From the NCBI GenBank assembly GCA_963695875.1, contig CAVOID010000011.1, positions 224,001-288,000 of the forward strand: 64,000 bases of DNA, written 5' to 3'. The stretch is from an uncultured delta proteobacterium. GTDB lineage: Bacteria > Desulfobacterota > Syntrophia > Syntrophales > UBA2185. Positions 17,503 through 28,455 of this stretch are shown here, one piece after another. The notes below the pieces were generated by a model, which was given only the letters and a program-made list of their open reading frames with translations, made no database searches and had not been told where the DNA came from. The position numbers and the translations under genes were made by a program. Positions within the stretch are counted from its first letter, which is position 1, and the number at the start of each line of letters is the position of its first letter.

Positions 17503-17802
17503 TCATGCCTGGATATAGTCATCCCAAAAATATTCTGGATCCCGATAGAGGTGATCGTCGTTCATTTCGAATTGAAACGGAACATGAGCGAACTGATTGG
17601 GAGAAACAACACTAACAGGAAGGAAGCGGTAAATAGGGTAGCGTTGAGTTGACCTACAACTAAATGATTTTAGAAAGCTGCTACTCCGGATTTCTATTTG
17701 AAAGTTACAATGCTCGTAGAAGACGGTGGTGTGGGTGGTTGAAGAAAAAATGGAGATACTGAGAAATAAAACAATGGTTGAGGTTAGAATTGATTTCCTC
17801 AT
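17503..17802 (-). CDS. Hypothetical protein with signal-peptide-like N-terminus
   Basis: ORF only, MRKSILTSTIVLFLSISIFS. Confidence 0.4.
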   Translation of the reverse strand: MRKSILTSTIVLFLSISIFSSTTHTTVFYEHCNFQIEIRSSSFLKSFSCRSTQRYPIYRFLPVSVVSPNQFAHVPFQFEMNDDHLYRDPEYFWDDYIQA

Positions 17803-17809
17803 GGGAAGT

Positions 17810-18067
17810 TCATCTATTGGCGTCTCGAATATTCCTTTCTCTTAAATCTGGGTGAACACACTTATTCCAGTCGTAAATCGTATTGACCCCATTTCTTTTG
17901 CCGACACCGCATTCCATGTTGTGATCGCAATCTATATCTACGATAGCTCTTCCATCTACTTTATCTGTTAAAGCGTTTCTATGAAGGAAAACTTGACGAG
18001 TAATCGTCACTTCAGCACCTATTTTTGAACACTCAAATTCTTCAAATTCGATATCGCTTTCTGGCAT
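17810..18067 (-). CDS. Small hypothetical protein with 4 Cys (possible metal binding)
   Basis: FECSK...IDCDHNMECG...KCVHP. Confidence 0.55.
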   Translation of the reverse strand: MPESDIEFEEFECSKIGAEVTITRQVFLHRNALTDKVDGRAIVDIDCDHNMECGVGKRNGVNTIYDWNKCVHPDLRERNIRDANR

Positions 18068-18409
18068 TTTTTATACTTTCGCTTCTTTCAACACCAAGAC
18101 GTTTCCAATCTCATCTCGGAACACTTCATCTGTTAAGGTTGTGACCCTTTACTGCGTTCCTTGCAAGAATTACCCTTTTTTCTGTTTGGATCTTATAAGT
18201 CTTTATTGCATCTCCAATCTTTAAAGCCGAAGATTCAACACCATCCGCCAAATTCAATTCATCATATTCAAAATAAATTAATTCTTTAATATCGAACTTC
18301 CAAGATTCTTACATGCCTTTAACCACTACTTATAAAAGTATTTCTCCACAAATCGTTCATTTTCTGCCACTTCCAATTTGGGGTTGGATTGTTGGCTGTC
18401 TGAGGAGGG

Positions 18410-18925
18410 TCATTTATTTGGCCAGTCAGAAAATGCTGGTGACGCAATAATTGTAACTTGCGGAGGTGTGGCTACTTGAAGTTCGTGACCTGGGGGCAGT
18501 GCGGCACCGAATAAGAATTCCTTGCCGTCTTGTGATTGATAAAGGGGTTTCACATATTGTTGGCCTATGGGGAAATTGAAAACTGAAGTGGTAGTGGGAT
18601 GTGTAGATGATGCGGAAATGATGACGTAGTTGGGATGTTCGGTGTCAGTATTGCGAGCTTCGAGAGTGTTCTGGTTCTTGCCGAGGAGTCTATCTGATAG
18701 AGAAGGCGTTTTTAAATCAACCTCAAACCATGCAACTTTTGCATGAAGGTGTGAGCCAGGATTCGCTAAAGAAGCGGTCAAAAGGGCAAAAAAGACGCAG
18801 GCAACGAAAGTGAAGGTAAGAATCAGGGGGGGTGATTTTTTATAAACGGCTGAGGCAAGGCATATGAATGATACGATAAAACATAGAGAAAAGAGCACGG
18901 TGATGGCAGACAACGATGGCATCAA
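18410..18925 (-). CDS. Hypothetical protein with two N-terminal TM helices
   Basis: 171-aa ORF with GGAG RBS. Confidence 0.55.
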   Translation of the reverse strand: MMPSLSAITVLFSLCFIVSFICLASAVYKKSPPLILTFTFVACVFFALLTASLANPGSHLHAKVAWFEVDLKTPSLSDRLLGKNQNTLEARNTDTEHPNYVIISASSTHPTTTSVFNFPIGQQYVKPLYQSQDGKEFLFGAALPPGHELQVATPPQVTIIASPAFSDWPNK

Positions 18926-19266
18926 ATCTCCTTTGATGTTGCAAGGTGAGATTGTGAAACATCACGTTTTTACGTAAGCATGCTCTAACTATGCATGGCA
19001 TCTGATGCATAGTTTAATTCGTCAGAAATATTCTGACTACTTCTGCACGCGTTTTTTCATTATCACGATTTCAAAAAGAAATCTATTATGAAAAAGGAAA
19101 TCAAACGATTACAGCTTTCAGGAAGAAGCAAAGTGTCGGCACAAGGGGCGGTAGGGTAGCCAACAACCGAAAGATGCAATTGATAAAGAAATATTATGGT
19201 AGGTGGTCAGATTGAAATTATGAAAAAATATTTAAACATTTACAAAAATAGTGATATACGGAAAAC

Positions 19267-20019
19267 ATGTGGTATTCATTCTGCAATTTACTATCTCGTG
19301 TTTGGAATAATTTGATTTATGCTCTTGGAACCACAACGCTTTCTATTTGTCTTTTCTCTTTTATAATTCCAATATTCATCTTTATCATCACACTTGTTTT
19401 TAATTACCGTGAGCATAGGAAAAAGGGAATTGAGATGGCGCAATTAATTAAAGATTCCCTATTATCATGGAAAACCATTATTCCCTCCCTCATTTATATC
19501 ATAGTATGGATATCGTTATTTGTTTGGGGTCTTACAAGCACCATCTATAACGATCACAAGTCGTTAATTGACAGGATTAATCAATTAAGCAAGCAAATCG
19601 AAAGCAATGAAAGAATCATTTTAGATAAGGATGTAGAGATTAAAAGCCTTAAAGAAAAACTGACTGATATAAAGTTCGCCGACGATGATCATGACAAAAA
19701 AGCACAGAAAAAGAGGCAAATTATGGATAAACTCGCAGCTTTTCTCAGTAGTGCAACAGTTCTTCAAAATCAATGTGCCGGGATTGGACCACCACTTCCT
19801 CCGGGGAAAAGTGCTTACCAGGTGTATGAAGATTTCCAAAAAGAGTTATACGATTACGTTAATAAAGAAATAGGTCATTCATATGCGCAACAGATGGTTG
19901 ATAGTCTTTCAATACGAGTTCCTCGACCAGATGGTTTATCGGAAATCAATGCAAATACTTGGATGTTGACAGAGCAAACAAAGAAACGCATCAGAGAACT
20001 TCTTGGAAAGTTTGAGTGA
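19267..20019 (+). CDS. Hypothetical membrane protein (2 TM plus coiled coil), AT-rich
   Basis: 250-aa ORF with hydrophobic segments followed by a heptad-rich region. Confidence 0.7.
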   Translation: MWYSFCNLLSRVWNNLIYALGTTTLSICLFSFIIPIFIFIITLVFNYREHRKKGIEMAQLIKDSLLSWKTIIPSLIYIIVWISLFVWGLTSTIYNDHKSLIDRINQLSKQIESNERIILDKDVEIKSLKEKLTDIKFADDDHDKKAQKKRQIMDKLAAFLSSATVLQNQCAGIGPPLPPGKSAYQVYEDFQKELYDYVNKEIGHSYAQQMVDSLSIRVPRPDGLSEINANTWMLTEQTKKRIRELLGKFE

Positions 20020-20173
20020 TACATTATTTAGTTAATTCTATAATTTCTTCCAACAACCATACATGATCAGTAATCCCTGCTTCCATTGCTGCTGTTATTC
20101 TCAGTGACCACTCATAATGAACCAGGACAATACATTTTAAAGAGATACGATAAGATTATTTAAGGAGGGCAAA

Positions 20174-20542
20174 ATGAAAAAATTATTATTGGTGGCGATT
20201 GCCGTCATAGTTGTTTTGCCAATTCCGTCATTATGCATTGCACAAAAATTTTTGCCAAAATGTTATGAGATAACACAGAATGTATTTATATTTGCATCAC
20301 CTTACGATGCACATCGGTGGGCTACTATTGGTGACAAAGAAATAGCTTGGAATTTTTTAAGGAGTTTGGAAGAAAGCAAAAAAGCCATTTTTGGAGGAAA
20401 GGGTTTTAAGGTCTATAAGGTTAAAGAAAAACTTTTTTCTTATGGTTTCTCTATGTATGCTCTTGCCGATTTCAGCACGAAGAAGTCTATTGGTTGGATT
20501 TCAATGTTGGATGTTAAAGAGCATCTAAAGCCATGTAAGTAA
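20174..20542 (+). CDS. Hypothetical secreted protein
   Basis: TAAGGAGG RBS and MKKLLLVAIAVIVVL signal peptide. Confidence 0.7.
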   Translation: MKKLLLVAIAVIVVLPIPSLCIAQKFLPKCYEITQNVFIFASPYDAHRWATIGDKEIAWNFLRSLEESKKAIFGGKGFKVYKVKEKLFSYGFSMYALADFSTKKSIGWISMLDVKEHLKPCK

Positions 20543-20575
20543 GGTAGTCTAACAATTAAATTGCATGAGGGCAAA

Positions 20576-20746
20576 ATGGATAAACGGAAATTCTTATCAA
20601 AGCTCTATATCGTATTACTCACCTCTTTACTAATATTACCCTGTTCAAAGGATGTGAACGGTGCGGACTGGATATGGTTCGATACAGGATTAAATAATTC
20701 ATCATTTTTTTATGACGCAGATATCTTGTCGTTGCCGACTTCTTAA
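20576..20746 (+). pseudogene. Probable truncated secreted protein gene
   Basis: Signal peptide then ADWIWF...SFFYD, then an early stop; same GAGGGCAAAATG start context as 20174. Confidence 0.4.
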
Positions 20747-20858
20747 AGGGTTTGTGAAAGCTCAATTGGATATTGATTGAAATCGCTATAACCATGGCTT
20801 ACAATGAAAGACAAAGCCTGATTCAGGTTGGATAATTATCCGGGGGGAGACTGAGGCT

Positions 20859-21833
20859 ATGAAAGTGTTCATCACTGGGGGCACTGGGTTTGTCGGCAGC
20901 AGTTTGACAAGGGAACTTGCTCATAAAGGGCACAAAGTAACGGTACTCGACCGGACCATTAAGGCTGAAAAAGAATTCCCGTCGACAGTCTCATTTATAG
21001 AAGCTGATAGCAGTGTAAAGGGTCAGTGGCAGGACAGAGCCGCCGAGCATGAAATCTTCATCAATTTGGCCGGCGCCTCAATCTTCAGTCGCTGGAATGA
21101 AAAGACCAAGCGGGCAATCCGTGAAAGCCGCATGCTGACGACAAGTAACCTTGTCGAGGCTATATTCTGGAGTAAGAATGAAGGGGTTCGCCTTTTCAGC
21201 GCGTCGGCCGTCGGTTATTACGGCTTTCATGAAGATGAAGAGCTGACGGAAGAAGCGCCATCGGGCAATGACTTTCTTGCCTCCCTGGCGAGGGATTGGG
21301 AGGCTGCTGCCAACCGGGCCAATGCTTTCCATGCGAAAGTTATCATCTGCCGCTTCGGCATTGTACTGGGCAGGCGAGGTGGTGCGTTGCAGCAGATGAT
21401 TCCAATCTACAAGGCTTATCTGGGGTCTCCCTTGGGCAGCGGCAGGCAGTGGTTTTCCTGGGTCCATGAGCAGGATCTCGTCAATATCTTTCTATTCCTT
21501 ATTGATCAGAAGGATATCGAGGGGCCAATCAATTGCACCGCTCCGCAACCGGTGCGCAACTCCGAAATGACCAAAGCCATAGGTGAAGCATTGGGTATAC
21601 CGACATGGCCTTTTGGTGTTCCCGCTTTTATGATGAACCTCATCCTGGGAGAATTCGGGAGTGTCCTTTTAAAAGGTCAGAGGGTTATTCCTGGGAGACT
21701 TAAAAAATTAGGCTTTCAGTTCAAGTTTCCAACAATTCGTGAAGCATTGAATGATCTTTTGAAAAATAAACCTGTCTCGTACTCGATGCGGGAAAGGCAT
21801 GGAGGGACTGTCAATTGCATCTGCAAAGGCTGA
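20859..21833 (+). CDS. TIGR01777/YfcH-like NAD-dependent epimerase family protein
   Basis: ITGGTGFVG, INLAGASI, SASAVGYYG and GSGRQWFSWVH motifs. Confidence 0.9.
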   Translation: MKVFITGGTGFVGSSLTRELAHKGHKVTVLDRTIKAEKEFPSTVSFIEADSSVKGQWQDRAAEHEIFINLAGASIFSRWNEKTKRAIRESRMLTTSNLVEAIFWSKNEGVRLFSASAVGYYGFHEDEELTEEAPSGNDFLASLARDWEAAANRANAFHAKVIICRFGIVLGRRGGALQQMIPIYKAYLGSPLGSGRQWFSWVHEQDLVNIFLFLIDQKDIEGPINCTAPQPVRNSEMTKAIGEALGIPTWPFGVPAFMMNLILGEFGSVLLKGQRVIPGRLKKLGFQFKFPTIREALNDLLKNKPVSYSMRERHGGTVNCICKG

Positions 21834-21853
21834 AAGTATTTGGAGGTTGACTC

Positions 21854-22802
21854 ATGGGAAAGATCCGTATCGGCATAAGCACCTGTCTTCTGGGGGAGAA
21901 TGTCCGCTACAACGGCGGGCATGCGCTGGACCGCTTCCTGCGGGATACCCTGGGTAAGTATGTCGATTATGTGCCTGTGTGCCCGGAGGTGGAATGCGGT
22001 TTTGGTATTCCGCGAGAAACGTTCCGCCTGATGGGTGACCCGAAACAACCGCGCCTGGTGACGAGCCTCACGGGCGTAGATCATACGGACCGGATGGAGG
22101 CCTGGGCCAGGAAGCGTGTGGACGAGCTCGAGAATGAGGACCTCTGTGGGTTCATTTTTAAAAGCGACTCTCCATCGAGCGGGATGGAGCGTGTGAAGGT
22201 ATACGACGACAAGGGGGTGCCCCGAAAAATCGGTGTGGGAGTCTTCGCCCGGATCTTCATGGAGCACTTTCCACTGATACCCGTCGAAGAGGACGGCCGG
22301 CTCCACGACCCGATCCTGCGGGAGAACTTCATTGATCGCATCTTTACCTACAGGCGCTACCGTGAAATCATGGAGAAAAAGAAACGTATCCGGAGTCTCG
22401 TGGATTTTCACACCAGGAACAAACTTCTTCTCATGGCGCACAGCCCAAAGCATCTTAAGCAGATGGGATACCTTGTGGCACATGTCAGGGAACTCTCACC
22501 AAAGTGAACTGATCAGTCAGTATGAGAAACTCCTTATGGAGGCAATGGCGCTCAAGCCTTCAACAGCGAAGCATGCCAACGTCTTGCACCACGTGATGGG
22601 CTACTTTAAGAAAAACCTCTCCACTGATGAGAAACAGGAGCTCCTGGATGTCATTGACGAATACCGTCAGGGACTCATTCCTCTGATTGTGCCGTTGACT
22701 CTCATGAACCACTATGTAAGAAAATACGATGAGTCCTATCTGAAAGAGCAGACCTATCTCAATCCCCACCCGCTGGAGCTGCAACTTCGCAACCACGTGT
22801 AG
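21854..22802 (+). pseudogene. DUF523 (2-thiouracil desulfurase-like) plus DUF1722 YbgA-family protein, +1 frameshift near 22501
   Basis: GISTCLLGENVRYNGGH, VCPEVECG and SPSSG motifs; continues in another frame with HANVLHHVMGYFKK...YLNPHP. Confidence 0.85.
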
Positions 22803-22926
22803 GGTAAGGGGTTTAAAATAGCTTATCGGAAGCTTTTGAGATTACCTGGCTGACCTTCACGCTTCACTCGAGGTTTCAGTTCATCGTAATGACAGAAACT
22901 AATTGTGCAGAGGTTTTTCTCCATCT

Positions 22927-23268
22927 TTAAGGATTCAATCCTCTTCTATTCAGTTCCATACGGACATCGATTCTTCGCTGCCTCAAATCATCGGCTGTGT
23001 ACTCTGTGGCGCCCGTGCTCGCGCCGATACCGACTCCGGTCCTATGACCAAAAGTGCCAATTCCGAAACCGATTTCGGGTCCCTGCGGTTTTTCCTGACG
23101 TTCGATTTCGTCGTTCAACTGATAGAAATAGCGAAGGAGTTCTTCATTACTCATTTTATTATAATCCTGGGCCAGCAGCATTTTCGATCTCTCCGCGCAT
23201 CCCAAAACGAAAAGCACGACTGCGATACCGAGAATCAACACAGTAATCTTTTGATCGGTTCTCATCAT
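22927..23268 (-). CDS. Lipoprotein of unknown function
   Basis: Lipobox VLGC and a Gly-rich IGFGIG...GVGIG segment. Confidence 0.7.
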   Translation of the reverse strand: MMRTDQKITVLILGIAVVLFVLGCAERSKMLLAQDYNKMSNEELLRYFYQLNDEIERQEKPQGPEIGFGIGTFGHRTGVGIGASTGATEYTADDLRQRRIDVRMELNRRGLNP

Positions 23269-23508
23269 ACATTCCCCATTTTGTATGCCTCTTTTGTTAT
23301 CATAGTCTGCATTGGAAATCTAATGCAAGGCAAAATATTAGGATTAACAACATGTCATCTGCACTTTTCAACACATATGCGTGGTAAGGACTTGTACAAA
23401 GGAATCCTGTTGCAAACTCCAATAGAATAGTTTATCTCTCGCTGAAAAGAATTAAGAAAAGTTCCGGTCTGTACGCACAAAGAACAATTCAGGCAAAGCA
23501 ATGAGTCG

Positions 23509-25882
23509 TTGGAAATGAAAACCTTTATACTCTCTCTCCTGGCCTGGCTTTTTATTGTACCATCTGTGCTGGCAGGTGACAATTTATCTCCGTCTTCCTT
23601 ACTCAATGAAAACAAACTGGCATCGATAACCGGGATTGTCGAAAAAGCAATCAGCGACGGCAAGACACCGGGAGCGGTCGTACTGATCGGGAATGGCGGT
23701 CAGGTCGTTTATCGCAAGGCCTTTGGCTACAGCTCGATCGAGCCAAAAAAGATCGCCATGACCGAAGACACCATCTTTGATATAGCCTCTCTGACAAAGG
23801 TGGTTGCGACGACCACCGCCGTGATGCAGTTGTTAGAAGACGGGAAACTCCGTCTTGATGCCCCCGCGGCAAAATACTGGCCTGCATTTAAGAAGAAAGG
23901 CAAGGCCCGAATAACAATACGGCATCTCCTCACACACTATTCGGGGCTGCGGCCTGAACTCCGCATGAATCCTAAATCGCGCGGATACAAAATAGCCATG
24001 AACAAAATAATTGCGGAAAGGCCGATTTATCTTCCCGGGCGCAGTTTTACGTATAGTGACATAAATTTCGAAGTCCTCGGTGAAATCGTCCGCCGTGTAA
24101 CAGGACAGCCGCTCGACAAGTATTGCAATCAGCACATCTTCAAACCGCTGGGAATGAAAGACACTGTCTTCAATCCGTCAGCCGCTTTAAAGTCACGCAT
24201 CGCAGCTACCGAGTATCGCGGCAGTAAGATGCTGTGCGGCGAGGTTCATGACCCTTCGTGTTATAACATGGGCGGGATAGCCGGTCATGCCGGCCTCTTT
24301 TCCACCGCCGACGATCTCTCCATTTTTGCCCGGATGATGCTTAATGCGGGCAGTATGGGAAGTGTGAAGATATTAAAACCCGAGACGGTCGATCAGATGA
24401 CAATTCCACAGTCTCCGCCGGGTACAAACAGACTGCGCGGGCTTGGCTGGGACCTCGATGCCCCTTTTGCCTCTAACACGGAAGAAATTTTTCCCGTCGG
24501 TTCTTACGGCCACCTCGGCTATACAGGCACAGCACTGTGGATCGACCCTGTGACGGAAACATACATAATAGTCTTAACAAACCGGGTGCATCCTGCCGGT
24601 GGCGGGGACGTAAAGGCGCTCCGGGCTGAAATAAAGAAGGCGGTTTCAGATGCGCTCGGGCCCCTCTCAAACAATCAGATACTCAGTAGACGGCCGTCAC
24701 TGGCTGCCGGTTTTGTGAAAAAGGAACCCTGCACTTCAGACAGCAACGGCACAGGCAGATTATGCACCGGAATTGATGTCCTTTATAGTGAACGATTCTC
24801 GGCGCTGGCCGGCATGCGCGTAGGGCTTGTAACCAACCACACAGGCATCGATGCAGCAGGACGGCGCACTGTGGATCTTCTTTATCATGCCCCCGGCGTC
24901 AAGTTAAAGGCCATCTTCAGTCCGGAGCACGGGCTGGATGGAAAGGCCGACAGAAAAATACCTTCTTCCAGAGACAGCATTACAGGATTACCCGTGTATA
25001 GCCTATATGGTAAAAGCAAAAGGCCGGCGGACTCGGATGCTCAAAGGACTTGATGTGCTGGTATTCGATATACAGGATGCCGGTGTCCGCTTCTACACTT
25101 ACATCACGACAATGGGTTATATGATGGAGGCGGCAGCGAAGAAGGGCATCAAGTTCTATGTACTTGACAGGCCCAATCTCATCACCGCGTCCTTTGTTCA
25201 GGGGCCGGTGATGGATAAGGATCTGAAATCATTCACCGGATATTTCCCTTTACCTGTCAGGTACGGAATGACGGCAGGTGAGCTTGCAGGGATGTTCAAT
25301 GCCGAGTATGGGATAGGTGCGAAACTCACTGTAATCAGGATGTCCGGCTACAAGCGGACGCAATGGTATGATGAAACGGGCCTGGTCTGGGTAAATCCCT
25401 CGCCGAACCTCCGTAGCCTCACTGAAGCGACACTATATCCGGGAGTGGCGATGGTGGAAGGCGCAAATGTGAGTGTCGGTCGCGGGACGGCGGAACCTTT
25501 TGAGGTCTTAGGTGCGCCGTGGATAGAAGCGGAGAGCCTGTCAGCATACCTCAACAACCGCAACATTCCCGGCGTACAGTTCATGCCGGTGGATTTTACA
25601 CCCAAGAGCAGCAGCTTTGAGAATCGCTTATGTCACGGAGTCAGGATTGTCCTTACAGACCGCCAGGTGCTTGATCCCACATTCCTTGGGGTGGAGATCG
25701 CCTCTGCACTTTATCGGCTGTATCCGAAGGACTTCAAACTCGACGATACCGTCGATATTATAGGTGCATGGTGGGTTCTCGCCGCGATAAGGAAGGGGGA
25801 AGACCCGAGCGCTATCGCACTCAAATGGCAGAAGCCGCTTGATCGGTTTCTCGATCTAAGGGCCAAATATCTTCTCTATTAG
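23509..25882 (+). pseudogene. Serine hydrolase (beta-lactamase-like) fused to DUF1343/NamZ exo-N-acetylmuramidase, +1 frameshift near 25045
   Basis: SLTK, YSD and GHLGYTG in the N-domain; VTNHTG and FSPEHG, then FDIQDAGVRFYTY, VLDRPN and NPSPNL in a shifted frame. Confidence 0.85.
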
Positions 25883-25983
25883 TTCTGAAATCGCCCTCGC
25901 CCCGGAGCGGTGATGATTTGGAACCGCCTGCCGCTAACTACCTTTCTGACGGATTCATAGTGTTCTTATCGGCATGATTGCTT

Positions 25984-28149
25984 TTAACGGGCAGACGTGC
26001 CTTTAATATTCAACATAATGTCCAGATTTCTTTTTGCCTCCTCGTAATCCGGTTGTATCTGCAACGCTTTCCGCAGATGGTCGATAGCTTCATCCGTTCT
26101 GCCTTTTTGCGCCAGGGCTACAGCAAGGCTGTTGTGTGCTTTCGCAAATTTTGGATTGATCCGGAGCGCCTTTTCAAAATGGGTAATGGCCTCATCAATC
26201 TGTCCCTTATGCGTCAGGGCCACGCCAAGGCTATTGTGAGCTTCCGGAAGGTCAGGTTTGATCCGGAGTGCAGTGCGAAAATGATCGATTGCTCGATCGA
26301 GGTCGCGCTTCCGTGCCATGATCAAACCTAATGAAATGTGGGCTGCCGCAAGGTTCGGGTTTAGCCGCAGTGCTTCTTTAAATTCAGGGATGGCCTCATC
26401 AAACCGGCCCTTCTGAAAGAGAGACAATCCTGCTTGCATCCGGCCTTCGGCACTTTTCGGGTCTGCCGGCTGCTTAACTGCTATTTCGGGAATTTTCTGT
26501 TTTGGTTTCACCTGCCTGTTAAGTGCTATTTTCAGGTTCGATTCCGCGTCATGAAAATCCGGTTTTAATCTCAGTGACTCACGAAACCGGATAATTGCCT
26601 CATCCGTTCTTCCCAACTGAGACAATGCAATACCCATATTGTTATAGACTGCCGCAGCACCGGGTTGAATCCGCAAGGCTTCGGCATACTGAGAAAGCGA
26701 CTCTTCTATTTTCCCCTGCCTAGCTAGCGCATTGGCAAGGTTGTAGCGGGCTTCAAAATCATCAGGCTTAATTCGCAATGCCTCCGCATAATGAAGAACG
26801 GCATCGTCATATTTGCCCTGCTCCGCCAATGAAGCCCCCAAATTGCTGTGCATCACATAATTATTTTTTGTAACGCTGATGGCATGTTCAAAGAGGGTAA
26901 CGCTGTCATGCCAATGGCGGACCTGAAACATCGATACGGTCATTAAAACCCCGATAACGCATGCTGCCGACAAAGCGAGGGCAACACGGCGGTAGCGCCA
27001 TCTGGCCAGGAAATCCGGCATCGCCCAGGCGATTATCATGAATAGACCTATCAGAGGTATATAGGTGTACCGGTCAGCCATGGACTGATTTCCGACCTGC
27101 ACCAATCCGATGACCGGAACAAGGGTTCCCAGGTACCATAACCATCCGGTCATCACGTAGGGATAGCGCCGCACCGAGCGTATAGCAATTAATGTAATCA
27201 GAATCAGCAGCAGAATGGAGCCGCCGACCTGCCATATGGGCATTATGTCCGGATAGGGATAAAAAACTGCCAGACTTTCCGGCCAGACCATCTTTGCCAT
27301 GTAGGAAGTATAGGAGACAAGGGCATTACTGATCCTGGTTCCGAATGGCAGGGATTGGATAGGGGCAATACCGGTCCATTGCGCATATAGAGTGATGCCG
27401 ATAGATGCGGCTGCGATGATCAAGAGGGGGATCTTTTCAATAATCAGTCCGACGTTTGATTTTATTTCATCCCACTTCGCGGCGGTTTGCATACTGGTTT
27501 CGCTTATATTCAAAATTGACTTTCTAAACTGCAAACGGCCAAGAGGCCAGAAATCCAGGAGGAGCAGGACAAACGGGAGGGTTACCAGCATAGGTTTAGA
27601 CATGAGGCCGAAGGCAAAAAATAAAATAATCGGCAAATATCTATAAATTCCCGGACATTCTACATAACGGACATAAGCCGATAATGATAACATAAAAAAC
27701 AGGGTGCTCAGCACATCTTTGCGCTCCGCCACCCAGACCACAGATTCAATGTGAAGGGGGTGTATGGCAAAAAGTGCGGCCACAAAGGCACTCTGCCAGA
27801 TAAAGCCTGTCATCCGCTTTAAAATAAAGAAGAGTAAAAGCGTATTTACAATATGAAGAAACAGGCTGGTCAGATGATGACCGGCTGGATTTGAACCGTA
27901 GAGTTGATAGTCGAGCATATGAGAAAGCCAGGTCAGCGGATGCCAGTTGCTCACGTCTACGGAAGTGAATGCCCAGACAATGCCATCCTTCGTCAGCCCT
28001 GACTGTACATGATGATTCTCGGTGACATATTTGTCATCATCATAACGAACGAAGTCAAAATTATGCACCTGCCAGAAGACGGCAAGGGTAATCAAAGCAA
28101 GAAAAAAGGAAATAATAAAATTGCGGCCTTTGAAATTTAGTTTATGCAT
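25984..28149 (-). CDS. TMTC-like GT-C membrane glycosyltransferase with C-terminal TPR repeats
   Basis: YDD, WHPLTWLSH, HPLHIESVVWVAERKD and ADRYTYIP motifs, then multiple TPRs. Confidence 0.85.
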   Translation of the reverse strand: MHKLNFKGRNFIISFFLALITLAVFWQVHNFDFVRYDDDKYVTENHHVQSGLTKDGIVWAFTSVDVSNWHPLTWLSHMLDYQLYGSNPAGHHLTSLFLHIVNTLLLFFILKRMTGFIWQSAFVAALFAIHPLHIESVVWVAERKDVLSTLFFMLSLSAYVRYVECPGIYRYLPIILFFAFGLMSKPMLVTLPFVLLLLDFWPLGRLQFRKSILNISETSMQTAAKWDEIKSNVGLIIEKIPLLIIAAASIGITLYAQWTGIAPIQSLPFGTRISNALVSYTSYMAKMVWPESLAVFYPYPDIMPIWQVGGSILLLILITLIAIRSVRRYPYVMTGWLWYLGTLVPVIGLVQVGNQSMADRYTYIPLIGLFMIIAWAMPDFLARWRYRRVALALSAACVIGVLMTVSMFQVRHWHDSVTLFEHAISVTKNNYVMHSNLGASLAEQGKYDDAVLHYAEALRIKPDDFEARYNLANALARQGKIEESLSQYAEALRIQPGAAAVYNNMGIALSQLGRTDEAIIRFRESLRLKPDFHDAESNLKIALNRQVKPKQKIPEIAVKQPADPKSAEGRMQAGLSLFQKGRFDEAIPEFKEALRLNPNLAAAHISLGLIMARKRDLDRAIDHFRTALRIKPDLPEAHNSLGVALTHKGQIDEAITHFEKALRINPKFAKAHNSLAVALAQKGRTDEAIDHLRKALQIQPDYEEAKRNLDIMLNIKGTSAR

Positions 28150-28240
28150 AATCGTCTTGAGTTATATACAAGTTTCTTTGCAACTGTCTCTTCTTTAAAA
28201 ACTCTATTTCATCTTTTAATATGAAAATAGAATTTACTCA

Positions 28241-28420
28241 CCCCCTTTTTTAAAGGGGGCAGGGGGCTGTCCCCCGCTGGCGGGGGTTGGGGGTGGTCCT
28301 ATATCATCAAAATCCCTCTAAATCTCCCTTTATAAAAGGGAGACTTAATAGTTCTTTCGCGGTTCGCCGCTTCCACGGGGACAAGCTTCATGCCTTCGTG
28401 GTGCCCCCACGGGGCATGGC
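28241..28420. repeat. Cluster of GC-rich REP-like palindromes
   Basis: CCCCCTTT-TTT-AAAGGGGG, CCCCCGC-TG-GCGGGGG, TCTCCCTTT-ATA-AAAGGGAGA and CATGCC...GGCATG. Confidence 0.6.
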
Positions 28421-28455
28421 GATTAGTAAGAATTAAATAATGGCTGGTTTGAGAT

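Noticed and set aside
18983..19018. Hairpin AACTATGCAT...ATGCATAGTT as an attC site
   Set aside because: Too short and lacks a GTTRRRY end; no integrase nearby
20547..20570. GTCTAAC after a stop codon as an attC start
   Set aside because: No matching downstream arm
22499..22507. TGA as selenocysteine or programmed readthrough in the YbgA-like gene
   Set aside because: The continuation is in a different frame, so it is a frameshift and not readthrough
28241..28420. Palindrome cluster as a CRISPR array
   Set aside because: Units are not identical or regularly spaced; no cas genes
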